The notes under the pieces are model-generated. The model was not told the DNA's origin, ran no database searches, and saw only the letters and a list, made by a program, of their open reading frames with translations. Position numbers and translations under genes: made by a program. Positions 38,779-52,269 of a stretch of 64,000 nt of DNA are shown here, piece after piece. Within the stretch, counting starts at the first letter, position 1; every line of letters begins with the position of its first letter. Origin of the DNA: Octopus vulgaris (taxonomy: Eukaryota). The DNA lies in contig OX597814.1 of the NCBI GenBank assembly GCA_951406725.2, positions 176,576,001-176,640,000 on the forward strand, read 5' to 3'.

Positions 38779-39290
38779 TCTATATATATAAAACTAGTTG
38801 TGTGAGTGTCTGTCCCCTTCGATTTAGATTCCTAACTACTCCCACATTTTGCGGTGCAGTTTAACCAAATTTGGGTATCTTATAGTCGTGATTCATATCG
38901 AGCCCGTCTAGGTATTAGCGCGCGTCTACGATGAGTCTACGATTTTAAAAATAATTTAACATCATTTTTTATTCCATTTTAATACATATTTTTTCGTGTG
39001 TCGATGGCAGCGGAGTTGGCGTCCATGGTCACACCTGCACCTGTTTGCTTCTCCCCCTTCTTCCCTCCCTCGTGAAGCTGTGGGGAAGGGAGTGTAAGGA
39101 AATCAACGTCGTAAAGCGTTGTCAAGGAGATCCAGCGTTCTTTTAGAACAACGACTTCATGGCTTGAAGACACCAAAACAGAAATGGCTAAGAAAGCCCG
39201 AACTGGCATCTATAAGGGAAGTAACTCTCTAAAAATGCTTATATAGTTATTTTCCTTACAAACACGAGCAACGCCGGGCGATACTGCTAG
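38779..39290 (+). mobile_element. Non-autonomous Helitron, same family, longer internal region
   Basis: a|TCTATATATATAAA...cgagcaacgccgggcgatactgCTAG|t. Confidence 0.88.
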
Positions 39291-39924
39291 TTTATCATAA
39301 ATCTTAATGGATATCAGGACCCACTTCTTTGTAACAGGGTCCTTGAGGCTGATGGGAGGATAGGAAGAGAAGCAGGTACCATGATGATTATTTTTGATTT
39401 TTTAGTCAAGATAGAAGGCAGTGCCAGTGATTCTTTACAGGGTACCCCAGGTGGAAGGAAGGTGACCTCAAATTTGAGACCTGGTTCAAACATTTGCAAC
39501 TGAGTGGATTTTACAAAAAGTACCCAAGATGTCAGGTGGTGGTGTGCAATGGATAAAGTCTTACTATTCAAGTAAGCTATGAAGGGATTTGAATTCAGAA
39601 CACAAAATGCTGGAACAAATCCACTAGGAAATAAGAGCATTGCTGTTCACTTGAAGCATTGTAGTACTGAAGAAGGGAAAGAAAAGGGGAAAGTAAGAAA
39701 GCACCTGACAATGTTGAAAGTTTTATAAAAAACCTTTATATTTCAGGTGCAAAGGTCCATCCTCAGAAGGAAACAGTCTGGAAAATGTCCAGTTACACAG
39801 GTTCTGTTACCTTCAGGCATTGGATCCAACTTTCTTACATCATCATTGTTTAATGTTCTCATGAGTCAGACAATTTTGTTGAGTTAGATTTTTTATAGAT
39901 CTATCTTAATACTTGGAAATACAT

Positions 39925-40594
39925 TACAGTGTGTTCCATTTCCAAAAAGGGCAACTTACTGACTTCACAAACTATGGTCCAGTTGCTCTTAATTTGGACA
40001 TCTCTTAATGTGATGGGAACCGTTACTTTCTTAATAACCACTGGTATGTAATCACGAAGTCAGAACCACTGGCGATCTATTCTTCTATATTATTCCTCAG
40101 CAGACCTTACCCTTGAAAACTTCATCAAGAACAGCGTTGTCTCACTTAACAACAATCAAGAATTCAACAGTATTTGCCATATAAATCTCCTGTCTATCTA
40201 TGTGCTCTGTCCATCTCCTGTCTCTTGGATCAGAAGCTTTCAGTACGATCATGTCATATGTATGTACTCACAGATATGTACTGATGAAGCTCTTTCTGAT
40301 CCATACTCTATCAATGTAAGAGTTTTTCAAGGTTTGGATATGTCCCCAATATTTTCCTCCCATGCTTCAATGACCTATATATCATCACCTTCAACATCAC
40401 CAACTTTTGTGCAATTGATTGATATCACTCTTCATTCCCCTCTAAACTTTTGCACTTAAGCATCATCCACAAGGAGCCTAGTCACTTCATGCCAAATCTA
40501 CACTGATTCCATGTCATCTCAAAAACATTCTCCAATGGGGCTTTGCCAATCTTGTCTCCTTCAACTAGTCAGACACATTCACTCCACTTCACAC

Positions 40595-40691
<97 letters not shown>

Positions 40692-41450
40692 ACTATTGAA
40701 CCCACCTTCCTAAACATGAACAAATGGATGTTTTAAGGCTGCAACAAATGATAAGGACAGGCCTCAACATCACTGAAGATCTCTCCTGACAATCACATAC
40801 CCTCAAGATTCCAAAGACTGAGTCAAAGATGCTGGTTTTCTCATACAGGGCCAGAAAATACTTCATCTTCAATTAATTACAAACCCATGTACAGAGCTCA
40901 AATGAGATCCACAATAAACTACCACTACCACCTCAACTTCTGGAATGGTATTGTTGTTTCACATATTTATTTCTTTACTACCCACAAGGAGCTAAACACA
41001 GAGGGGACAAACAAAGGGATTAAGTCGATTATATCGACCTCAGTGTGTAACTGGTACTTAATTTATCGACCCCGAGAGGATGAAAGGCAAAGTCGACCTC
41101 GGCGGAATTTGAACTCAGAACGTAACGACAGACGAAATACGGCTACGCATTTCGCCCGGCGTGCTAACGTTTCTGCCAAAGCCATATCTAAAGAAAGGTT
41201 CTAAACTGATTGCCTTGAAATCACTCAAAAAGACTCCAGCATCTGGTCTACCTCGTCTTTTTACCTTTTCTGCACCCACTATTGTGGCCTCTGATCTTTG
41301 GAGTTAACTTGTCTCATGCATCTTTGATTCTGGTACTTCTGAATTCACTCATCGCACCCTGTCTCATCACCACCTCCAGACTCTAACCATTATTGCCAAT
41401 TCTGTTACCCCAGAACATTTCCCTGGGATCTTTTTCCTATCCTTCCCTAT
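39925..41450 (+). mobile_element. Ancient, heavily decayed LINE RT remnant interrupted by (CA)n and a SINE
   Basis: KKG..DFTNYGPVAL and INVRVFQG-type remnants of RT motifs. Confidence 0.5.
40590..40687. repeat. (CA)n microsatellite
   Basis: Direct. Confidence 0.95.
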
Positions 41451-42224
41451 GTTTTTCCATGCAACTGCTCATGTTCCACATTACATGTTAGCTCATCAAT
41501 TTTAGATGACTGGGAACAGCAATGAGCTACTAGAATTGTTAATACACTGGACAAAATGCTGCTTAGCATTTTGTCCATCTTTACCTTCTGAGTTCAAATT
41601 TCACTGAGATCGACTTTGCCTTTCATCCTTTCAGGGTCGACAAAATAAGTACCAGACTGGGGTCAAGGTAATAAGCTATAAGCTGACGAGCTGGCAGAAC
41701 CGTTAGCACGCCGGACGAAATGCTTAGCCGGTATTACGTCTACTGCTACGTTCTGAGTTCAAATTCTGCCGAGGTCAACTTTGCATTTCATCCTTCCGGG
41801 GTCGATTAAATAAGGACCAGTTATGCACTGGGGTCGATATAATCGATTTAATCCGTTTGTCTGTCCTTGTTTGTCCTCTCTGTGTTTAGCCCCTTGTGGG
41901 TAGTAAAGAAATAGGTAATAAGCTATCCCAATCTCACCAAATTTTAGACCTTGTGCTTATTGTAGAAAAGAATCTCAGATGACCAGCGTGAAAGTAATAA
42001 ACATAGCCCTTCCTTTTGATAAAACCAAAACAAAAACAAGGAGTCGATGGGGAAGTATAATCAATTGTATCGACCTTGGTATTATAGTGTATTGAATCCA
42101 CATTGAATCCAGTTGGATTTAAACTCAGAAATTAACCAAATGTCTCATGTCCATTTTCTCTGTCAAGTCAGTCAGTTTGTTGTAATTATAGAAATATTTT
42201 ATAGAAACATTGAGAAGACTTCAC

Positions 42225-42296
42225 CCGATCAGTCATTGTTGTGTTAGATTTGCTGAATTTTTCAAGTTCAATATTAGATATAGCATTCTTCAGGCT
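42225..42296 (-). CDS. QRICH2-like: Exon C; SLKNAISNIELEKFSKSNTTMTDR
   Basis: Acceptor atttatgttgcag, donor CGG|GTGAAG, 72 nt, phase 0-0. Confidence 0.75.
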
Positions 42297-42496
42297 CTGC
42301 AACATAAATGAGAACAAGGTTGCTCAGTAAAAAGAAATTCCATAGACCATTATTTCATTAAAAAAACAAACAAACAAAAAAATAACAACAACAAAAAAAC
42401 AAAAACAAATAAAAGCAAACAAACAAAAGAAACCTTCTTACAATAGGAACAAGGCTTAAATTTTGGTGGAGGGGATTAGGTGATTAAAATGACCCT

Positions 42497-42531
42497 AACA
42501 ACAACAACAACAACAAGAGTAGCAGTAGCAA

Positions 42532-42581
<50 letters not shown>

Positions 42582-42619
42582 CAACAACAACAACAAACAA
42601 CAGCAGCAGCAGCAGCATC

Positions 42620-42699
<80 letters not shown>

Positions 42700-42700
42700 C
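42497..42700. repeat. (CAA)n/(CAG)n compound microsatellite
   Basis: Direct. Confidence 0.95.
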
Positions 42701-43290
42701 GTCACATAAACTTCTCTGTTATGTAGAGAGCTAGTTTATTAGGATTAAGAGACAGCAAGAGTCTGAAGAAAGGTGCTGGATACTTAAGGTCATGGCATGT
42801 GATTTGCTATCTGGCAGAACGAACTGGCATTAATACTAAAGACTCAGAGATAAGGACAAATAGTGAATAAAGAATTCCTTAAAACACTTTGTAGAGAATT
42901 GCAACTGCCTAAGATCCTTATTGTCAGTGGAAGGAACACTGTTGAATTGACAACTGTTTTGTTAACTTTGAGGACTCAATGAGACTCCCTTTGCAAGCAT
43001 AGCAATGTGACTCTGTGAGAGTCTGGCTCCTCCAAGCCCACTTAGTTCTCTTCAATTCATAAAAAAGAAGGTCTTCGGTAGTTAAGATCCAATGTGTATT
43101 GGTTCTCCTCATTACAGCCACAATTGCTTGTGGCTGTGGTGTGCTGTGTGGTAAGTAGCTTGCTTACCAACTGCATGGTTCCAGGTTCTCCCACTGCGTG
43201 GCACCTTGGGCAAGTGTCTTCTACTATAGCCTCGGGCCAACCAAAGCCTTGTGAGTGGATTTGGTAGACGGAAACTGAAAGATGCCCATC

Positions 43291-43333
<43 letters not shown>

Positions 43334-43729
43334 CGTGTGTGTTTGTGTGTCTGTGTTTGTCCCCCTAGCATTGCTTGACAACCGATGTTAGTGTGTTTAT
43401 GTTCCTGTCACTTTGCAGTTCGCAAAAGAGACCGATAGAATAAGTACTGGGCTTACAAAGAATAAATCCTGGGGTCGATTTGCTCAACTAAAGGCGGTGC
43501 TCTAGCATGTCCGCAGTCAAATGACTGAAACAAGTAAAAGAGAAGTAAAAAAGAGATATGAAGAGGAGTGGCTGCGTGGTAAGTAGCTTGCTAACCAACC
43601 ACATGGTTTCGGGTTCAGTCCCATTGCGTGGCATCTTGGGCAAGTGTCTTCTGCTATAGCCCTGAGCCGACCAAAGCCTTGTGAGTGGATTTGGTAGACG
43701 GAAACTGAAAGAAGCCTGTCGTATATATG

Positions 43730-43764
<35 letters not shown>

Positions 43765-44185
43765 TGTGTGTCTGTGTTTGTACCCCTAGCATTGCTTGAC
43801 AATCGATGCTGGTGTGTTTACGTCCCCGTCACTTAGCGGTTCGGCAAAAGAGACCGATAGAATATGTACTGGGCTTACAAAGAATAAGTCCTGGGGTCGA
43901 TTTGCTCGACTAAAGGCGGTGCTCCAACATGGCCACAGTCAAATGACTGAAACAAGTAAAAGAGTAAAAAAGAGTAAACATGAAATAATGGTTCAATTTG
44001 TACTGATATGATTGAGTTTTAAAACCAAGGATTAGAAGAAAAAGAAAATCACCAAATAATAACTATTTGACACGGTGCTGTTATTCTAATTGCAGTTGAT
44101 GTTTAGTTCCAGGTTAGTACTGAATGAACAAATCTGAGCAAAGGTAAAAGTTACCCTCTCGAGTCATACTGACCCACAAGGGACG

Positions 44186-44599
44186 TGTAGTGATGCTACT
44201 GTGTAGGGTTCAGCGCGCATGCGCAGAATGGGACTACTTCCGGGTGGCCACTGGAAGTCTTCCCCATGCGCATGTGCGGGAAACGTTCCCTTAGGCCCGC
44301 CAAACTCAAATCCTCCTCTCTGGCAAGTCAGCCAACGCGATCGGACGTACATTTCGCAGGCTCTGATAACCTCACCGACTTAGCCGCCAACGACCATCAA
44401 ACCTCTTCAACAAACGAACAAGAAGCTGTACATCAGAGGCTGTCCTTCTCCCATCAGACACACGTACGCCATCGCAACAAATAAACGAACTGCTGTCTTT
44501 TACCTACAACCTGACTTCGTCTGCATTGTCTTACTAAAATTGTATGTGACTGGATCGGATCGACACCCTTTCAGTGAATCGATAACAGATCCTGTTACA
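44186..44599 (+). mobile_element. Solo LTR (414 bp) with 4-bp TSD GACG, inserted in a SINE
   Basis: TGTAG...TTACA termini, GACG on both sides, AATAAA near 44480; interrupted SINE tail rejoins across it. Confidence 0.85.
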
Positions 44600-45769
44600 G
44601 ACGGTTTCTCAATTTCATGATGTATATATTCTGCACCTGGATAAAATGCTGGTCTATCGCAGGATTACTCATTTTCACCAGCCAAGTGGACTGGAGTAAC
44701 ATGAAGTGAAGTGTCTTGCTCAAGAACACGATGCATCTAATACCCAGTCATAAATCCAATACTTGAACCATTAAACCACACACCTCCATAGCAGATCTGT
44801 GATCAAAAGCATATTAGCCATGATCTCCAGTTTTGATTTTCAGGCATAGTTTACCAAGGACTGCACTGTCTAATATCTCTCTCTCTCTTTTACTCTTTTA
44901 CTTGTTTCAGTCATTTGACCGTGGCCATGCTGGAGCACTGCCTTTAATCGAGCAACTTGACCCCGGGACTTATTCTTTGTAAGCCCAGTACTTATTCTAT
45001 CGGTCTCCTTTTGCCGAACCGCTAAGTGACGGGGACATAAACACACCAGCATTGGTTGTCAAGCAATGCTAGGGGGACAAACACAAACATACACACACAC
45101 ACTTATATACATATATATACATATATACGACGGGCTTCTTTCAGTTTCCGTCTACCAAATCCTCTCACAAGGCATTGGTCGGCCCGAGGCTATAGCAGAA
45201 GACACTTGCCCAAGGTGCCACACAGTGGGACTGAACCCGGAACCATGTGGTTGGTAAACAAGCTACTTACCACATAGCCACTCCTGCGCCTATGTTCAAC
45301 TCTTTTTTTTGTTTGAAACTTCACACAGGTTGTGGTTTGATAGAGATTTTGCTGCTCTTTCTAGTAAGTTAAGTGATCACACTGAGGCTCTCTTGTTGAC
45401 AGATTAGAATCTAGCTTGACTCAGTAATGTGATATTTATATTTGGGGACAGGAATTTGTTTCGAAACTTTATGCAGTCTTTCAGCTATTTTCTAGCTTCA
45501 GCCATAAGAATGTGGCCATGCTGGTGCTACTCAACCTTCAAGAGTTCTTAGTCAATTATATTTATCACAGTATTTTTTCTGGTATTTTGACTTGAAAAGA
45601 AAAGATGACCTGTTGACATATGGACAGGAGCATAGGAAAGGCTTTAATTTATAATTTCAGATTGATAAACAGTGAGATATATTCATGCACTAAAACTGGT
45701 AGACAAAGGTAGGGAGTGAATTTAATTGAAATTTAGAAAGCTACAATATGAATGTGTGTGTGTGTGTGT

Positions 45770-45823
<54 letters not shown>

Positions 45824-46024
45824 TTACATTGTGTTTTGTATGAAAAAAAATTGCCAAAGGTGATGTTTCTGAACATTTCCCTGTCAAAAAACTGTCCGGT
45901 AGCTCTGGAAATGAAAACTTGAAAAACAGGTAAGGATTAGTGATAGGAAAGGCAGTTTGGGTGTAAAACAGTGCCTCGACAATATGTATTCATCTCAGCC
46001 AGGGGCTCTCAATCATTTTTTTAC

Positions 46025-46338
46025 AATAATAATGAAATTATTGTATACAGTGCTCAGGTGCACCACAACTTGTCAAAAAGTGCATATAAAGTATATGCAG
46101 TAATGTACAAATGTCTGGAAAGTGAACAGTGTATGAGTCAGATACATGCTTGCATGTGTATAGAGTGGAGAAAATCAGGTGTAGTGTTGGCGAATCTCAG
46201 GAAGCATGGAAGTTTTGAAGGATGCAGTGCTCTGACAACTAACAAGTGATGCCGGCAGTTTGTTCCATGCTTCAGCAACTCTTAGCATGAAAAAAATGTT
46301 TCCGAAAGTCATGGGAGCTGTGTTGTTTTCTGACTTTA
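46025..46338 (-). mobile_element. CR1-like LINE 3' fragment nested in a hAT MITE
   Basis: Same 3' UTR and ORF end as the other copies. Confidence 0.88.
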
Positions 46339-46799
46339 TCTATGGACCCCTGTAATTACTATCTTATTCTGGTGGACTCCCATTGCCATTCGGTGTTTAA
46401 AAACTAGTTTTATAGAAACGTCTTTTAAAATTCCTCTTTTGTTTTTCACACATTAACTTGTGTAAGTTGAACCATGTAAAATGTTAGAGGAAGAAACCTA
46501 GCTATTTCTTGCAATACATACCAAGACATACATCTAAAGCAAAATTTTTTCAGGGTCCCTTCAAATTCTATTGTGGATCCCTAATTTACTATTTTGTTAC
46601 ATGGACCCCCCAAAATCTTTATATGGGCCTTCAGGGGCCATGTGAACTCTGGTTGAGAACCACTGATCTAGATAAATATATATAAAATAAATGAACAAAC
46701 AATTATCTTCAAATTCACAACACAATATACCCAACCAGTATCAAGACACAAACATACAATACTCACCTTATAATCTAAACTTTAATATGTCATTCCTAC

Positions 46800-46910
46800 C
46801 TTATTATCAGTGTGCATTAACTTAATGCTCTCCTCCAAACGTTCAAGTTTCAAATCCAATTTCCTTTCTGCCACTGTTAAACGGTTTAGAACATCATCAT
46901 CAACTGATAC
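46800..46910 (-). CDS. QRICH2-like: Exon B; VSVDDDVLNRLTVAERKLDLKLERLEESIKLMHTDNK
   Basis: Acceptor ttctctgaaaccag, donor AAG|GTAGGA, 111 nt, phase 0-0, coiled-coil-like. Confidence 0.8.
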
Positions 46911-47106
46911 CTGGTTTCAGAGAAAGAACACCAAACAGGTATCAGTAGAGAAATGGTACTACATTGTTTTAAGTTATTCTGCATTGTTTTAAATCATACA
47001 TCATAGGTCATATATAACTTTGAACAGTACACCACCTTATGCTATATAAGGTTTATAATATAAACCATTTACTGTCTCAAGCCATGCTTGAACATTCAGA
47101 TTATAC

Positions 47107-47495
47107 TTTGTCTCCGACAATTCGGTGCAACACCAGTACAGAATCACCTCCCTCCGACAAGTCATCCTAACAAGATGTCTGCGTTGGCTGGGTCATGCCC
47201 TCCGTCGTCAACCAGGAGAATTCATCTATGAAGCAATTGCCCCAGCTCCCCTTCAGGGTTGGCGAAAGCGATCTGATGGGCGACGAAAAACCTGACTGAC
47301 GACAGTCAAGGCTGATCTGGAACCCAACCTAGGCCCCCATGTCTACGGTGTTCGCCACTGGAATAAGGAGTGGTTGGAGATCACGTGGTCGTTAGCCTCA
47401 AATTGCCAGGCCTGGTCGGCGTTTGTGAGAGATGCAGCATTGAGGATGAATGAAGCCAGCTCAACCCACCCCGGGTGAATGCTGTAAGAAGAAGG
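47107..47495 (+). mobile_element. 3' end of a second, distinct RTE family with 9-bp TSD
   Basis: LRWLGHALR...KT*LTTVKADLEPNLGPHVYG...ASSTHPG*, short (AAG)n tail, AGATTATAC on both sides. Confidence 0.8.
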
Positions 47496-47884
47496 AGATT
47501 ATACACTTTGAAACTGTACATTATATTAAGCTTTACATTGCTATTAGAAATACAATGCCATTGGTCAGGCACTGTCTTAAGCTATGTACAAAGGCATGCA
47601 CTACTTTGGGTTTTGTATAAATTGTTTTAAACTACATATTGTTAAAAATTATAAACTATCTTAAGTATTATTACTTTGAGCCATATGCTGCACTAAGTAT
47701 GACATAGTTTAAAGTGCCTATATAAATGGCTTTAAATGATACATTGTCGAATGCCATGTAATGGAAGCAAGCATCCACAACTGTCATCTTATCTCTAAAT
47801 AATATGCTTGTCCTTTTCCTTAATAGTCAACTTTGGAAAAATTCTTGATTCTTGAGATTACCTCCCCTTCTCATATGATTATAA

Positions 47885-50360
47885 AATAATAATAATGAAA
47901 TTATTGTATACAGTGCTCAGGTGCACCACAACTTGTCAGAAAGTGCATATAAAGTACATGCAGTAATGTAGAAATGTCTGGAAAGTGAACATGCTTGTGT
48001 GTGTATGGAGGGGAGAAAATCAAGTGTAGTGTTGGCGAATCTCAGGAAGCATGGAAGTCTTGAAGGATGCAGTGCTCCGACAACTAACAACCGATGCCGG
48101 CAGTTTGTTCCACGCTTCAGCAACTCTCAGCGTGAAAAAATGTTTCCTGAAGTCATGGGAGCTGTGCTGTTTTCTTACTTTGTAAATATGTCCACGGGTG
48201 TTAGATGGGTGGAGTTTGAAGAGGTGCTCAGTGTTATTGTTTGTGCGATGGTTGATAATTTTGTGGGTGTCTGCCAGGTCAGCTGCCAGACGTCGGAGTT
48301 TCAATGTGTCCATGCCCAGGGAAGTAAGGCGTTCAGGATATGGCAAATGCCTGATGGAGGGTATTCTTTTGGTTGCACGTCGCTGAACAGCTTCCAGACG
48401 ATTGATGTCCTGGGCAAGATAGGGGTTCCAGACCGGTGATGCAAATTCTAGGTGAGGTCTTACCATAGCTATATAAAGCCGCAGATAGATAGCCGGAGAG
48501 CGGCTCACAAAGGATTTGGTGAGTGATGCCAAGACACCCTCAGCCTTCTTGACAATTTTAGCGACGTGTTTTGTCCAACGCAAATCACTGTCGACAATAA
48601 CACCCAGGTCACGTTCACATGAAGACTTTTTAAGACTAGTGTTGTGGAGGGAGTAGGTGGACGCTGGGTTTCTCCTCCCAAAATGCATGGTGGTACATTT
48701 GTCCACAGCCAGCTTGAGTTGCCAGTCCATGATCCACTGCTGCATTGTGTCCAGGTCTGCTTGCAATAGAGATCCATAGTGTATAGGATTTGACCTCTTT
48801 ATTTCGAGGTACAGCTTGATGTCATCTGCATATTTCAGCACTGTGGCATTCTTTAAGTTGGTATCTATGTCATTAACATATGCAACAAATAAAAGGGTGC
48901 CAAGAACAGATCCCTGCGGCACACCAGATGTTATCTCATAGGGCGAAGAGTGCTGTCCTAGAACTGTGACAACCTCTTTTCGGCCGAAAATAAAGGACTT
49001 TAACCAGTTATAGAGTTCGTCTCTTACACCCAACGCAGAAAGCTTCACCATAAGTCTTTTGTGTGGGACAGAGTTAAAAGCCTTAGCAAAGTCCAGGTAA
49101 ACAACATCCACCCAGGATCCGCGATCAGTGATTTGGGTAACATCCTCAAGAAACTCGATGAGTTGATTACAGCAGCTGGAGTTAGGAATAAATCCGAATT
49201 GTGACGGCTGGATGAGGCTGTGAGACTTCCAGAAGTTCCAGAGGGTTTCTCTGATACAGGATTCCATCAGTTTGGTGATGCAGCTGGTAAGACTGACGGG
49301 GCGATAGTTGACAGGCGATGTGTGGTCGCCTTTTTTGAACAGAGGGATGACACTGGCAGTTTTCCACTGTTCTGGAGTAACACCATTGTCAAGACAGAAT
49401 TGGAAGAATAGAGAAAGTTGGCTTAGAAGAAAGTACCCACCGCGTTTGAGAAGTAGGTATGTAACACCATCGAGACCAGGAGAGGCATAATTGCGTTTAT
49501 TCTTTAGGTGGCGTTGCAGCATTGCTGGTGTAAATTGCATAGAAGATATAGAGTCCGATGTCAGTGGTGATGATGATGGAACATTTTGGTTTTCGACAGT
49601 AAAGATGCCGGCATAGCATCCAGCAATGATTTCTGCACATTCTTCGGGATTGCCAGTAATCTGTCCTGTGTGGGGATTGCGAAGGGGACCAACTGGAGAG
49701 TGGGGTCTCTGCTTTGAGTGCACATACTTCCAGAACACTTTGCTGTCAGGGTTAGCTGCAATGCGTTGTTCAAATTCAAGCACTGCCTTTTTTGTCACCT
49801 GCTTGAGGTGGTTGGCTGACCTATTGCGCTTTTTCCTGTTGCTCTCTGATTTGTGCAATTTGTATTCCCATTCAGCATTACGGCGTTCTTTCCTGGCAAG
49901 TTGGACTGCTGCAGTCTCCCAAATTGCACTATTGGGTGGTTTTTTGTGCTTGCGTGGTACTGATGCTGCACATGCTGCCCATATTGAATTCAGAATGTTC
50001 TGGAGTATAGTGTCCACATCTCCAGAGGCATAAAATTCGCGCCAGTTCGGGCGTTGCAGCTCAGTACAATAAGAGCTCCAGTTTGCTTTATTCCAGTCAA
50101 AGCAGGCAATCTGAAGATGGTTGTGTTTCTTGTTACAACCAATCAGAGACAAGTCGGCCATGATCATGGAATGATCAGAGTCACCCAAAGGTTCTTCGGT
50201 AGTGACACTAATGATTGTTTCAGGAGAAGCGGTAAGTAGCAGATCCAAAGTGTTGTTACCCCTTGTGGGGGAGGTAACAACTTGGGACCAATTCGAATTC
50301 AGCACCAGTTCAAGGAAATCGTCTGCACTTTGCGGCCAACGGAAGGCCTCCCAGTCAGTT
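47885..50360 (-). mobile_element. CR1-like LINE, 5'-truncated, young; uninterrupted ORF2 (C-terminal APE endonuclease + RT), 3' UTR, (ATT)n tail
   Basis: ORF 48020..50407: PTRGNNTLDL, SDH, SPGLDG, NYRPVSLTS, YLDFAKAF, GVPQGSVLG, YADD; the first ~17 aa probably derive from flank. Confidence 0.95.
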
Positions 50361-51358
50361 ATCTTTCCTCCTCTAGTTTTAATTGCTATTTGATGATTAT
50401 GACACAATTTCTAGAGGTGGAAATAATTTTAATAAATCAAGAAATTATGTTACATGGTATTTAATATGTCTATAATGGCATTTACTGCCTTTAAACATTC
50501 ACCGTATAAAATACGTAGTAACTTCAGTCTTACACTGCCTTAAACATCATCATCATCATCATCATCATCGTTTAACGTCTGTTTTCCATGCTAGCATGGG
50601 TTGGATGGTTCGACCGGGGTCTGGGAAGCCAGGAGGCTGCACCAGGCTCCAGTCTGATCTGGCAGTGTTTCTACAGCTGGATGCCCTTCCTAACACTAAC
50701 CACTTGAATTAATCTCCTTGATTCATATATTTATTTCTTTATTGCCTGCAGGGGGGTAAACATAGAGGGAACAAACAAGGACAGATGAAGGGATTAAGTC
50801 GATTACATCGACCCCGGTGCGTAACTGATAATTATTTAATCGACCCCGAAAGGATGAAAAGCAAAGTCGATCTTGGTGAGCCGTGATTCATTTATTACCA
50901 CAAGCCTGACTTTGCCTTAAATCTTCTTTGCCTTGTCTTATACCATGTCTTGCCATATTTCATAAAAAAAGTCATGACTTATCATAAAACATTTATTGTC
51001 TGAAGACATACATTATATTGAGCCTTGAATTGTCATCATAAGCCAAGCCTTCAAGTATATACACCATGATTAAGACAAATGTCCATTAAATGTATGAATG
51101 TTTGAGATCAAATGCTGTCAATAAGATTACAAATTTCCAAACTATTAAGCTTATGCCTCCGATGAATATTTACAGTAGTTATGTCTACACTATGTCAGTA
51201 GCTTAAGAACATTTTAGTCTTAATTTAGAAATAATGGCTCCTAGTTTGTATTTAGTTTGGAATTATGTGACACATCCAGACTCTAAAGATGTAACTTTCC
51301 CTAGAAACCCAATATGAAAATCATTTCATTGCTGACACTCCACATCCAATAGAGTTAA

Positions 51359-51580
51359 CCCTTTCGTTACTGTATTTATTTTGAGATGCTCTGTGTTTCA
51401 TTCAATTAATTTTAATTATAACAAGGAATTTAGCAAAAGAACTTAGTTATCATTAGGCTAGTATTGGGAACACAAATTGTGGCTTAGGTTTGGTGGAAGA
51501 TTTTAATTCAATACTTATGAAAGTAAGACATTTGTACTACAGAGCCAGAGGCGGTTTTGGCCGGGTTGGTATCAAAAGGG
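51359..51580. mobile_element. piggyBac-type MITE, second copy
   Basis: TTAA TSD, same internal sequence as 30587. Confidence 0.85.
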
Positions 51581-52222
51581 TTAAAGGAAAGGACACCCTA
51601 ATAATGATAATGGTGATGAGTTTAATAATCCAGATTATTTCAGTCAAAGAGGTATGATTCCAACACACTATGTCAAATATGAAAACTGTTTAAATGTTTT
51701 TAAGTGTGGATTATGCATGGTTGTAATTTTCCATTGCTTTATAAAAGTACATTCTTTTAATATAATTGGAATTTGTGTCTCATAGCTCTATTTTACATTT
51801 TTCCACTATTGATGCTCAAGCTTCCTTCATATTGCATGTCTTGCCAGCATTCTTCCCACATGTATGTCATATGTATACTAATGCATATACACTATAGGGA
51901 TATATGATACAACGATAGGGTGGTGAGCTGGCAGAATTGTTATCATGTTGGACAAAATGCTTAATGGTATTTCGTCCGCCTTTACATTCTGAGTTAAAAT
52001 TCTACTGAGGTTGACTTTACTTTCATCATTGTAGGGTCGATAAAATAAGTAACAGTTGAACACTGGGGTCAATGTAACTGACTTAACCCCGTCCCTGAAA
52101 TTGCTGGCCTTGTACCAAAATTTGAAACCAATATATGATACAATGATATCAAATCAATGTAAAACCTGCTATCTTAAAGATAGTATGTTTGCACTAGTGT
52201 GTGTGTGTGCATACGTGCATGC

Positions 52223-52259
<37 letters not shown>

Positions 52260-52269
52260 GCTCACTGAG

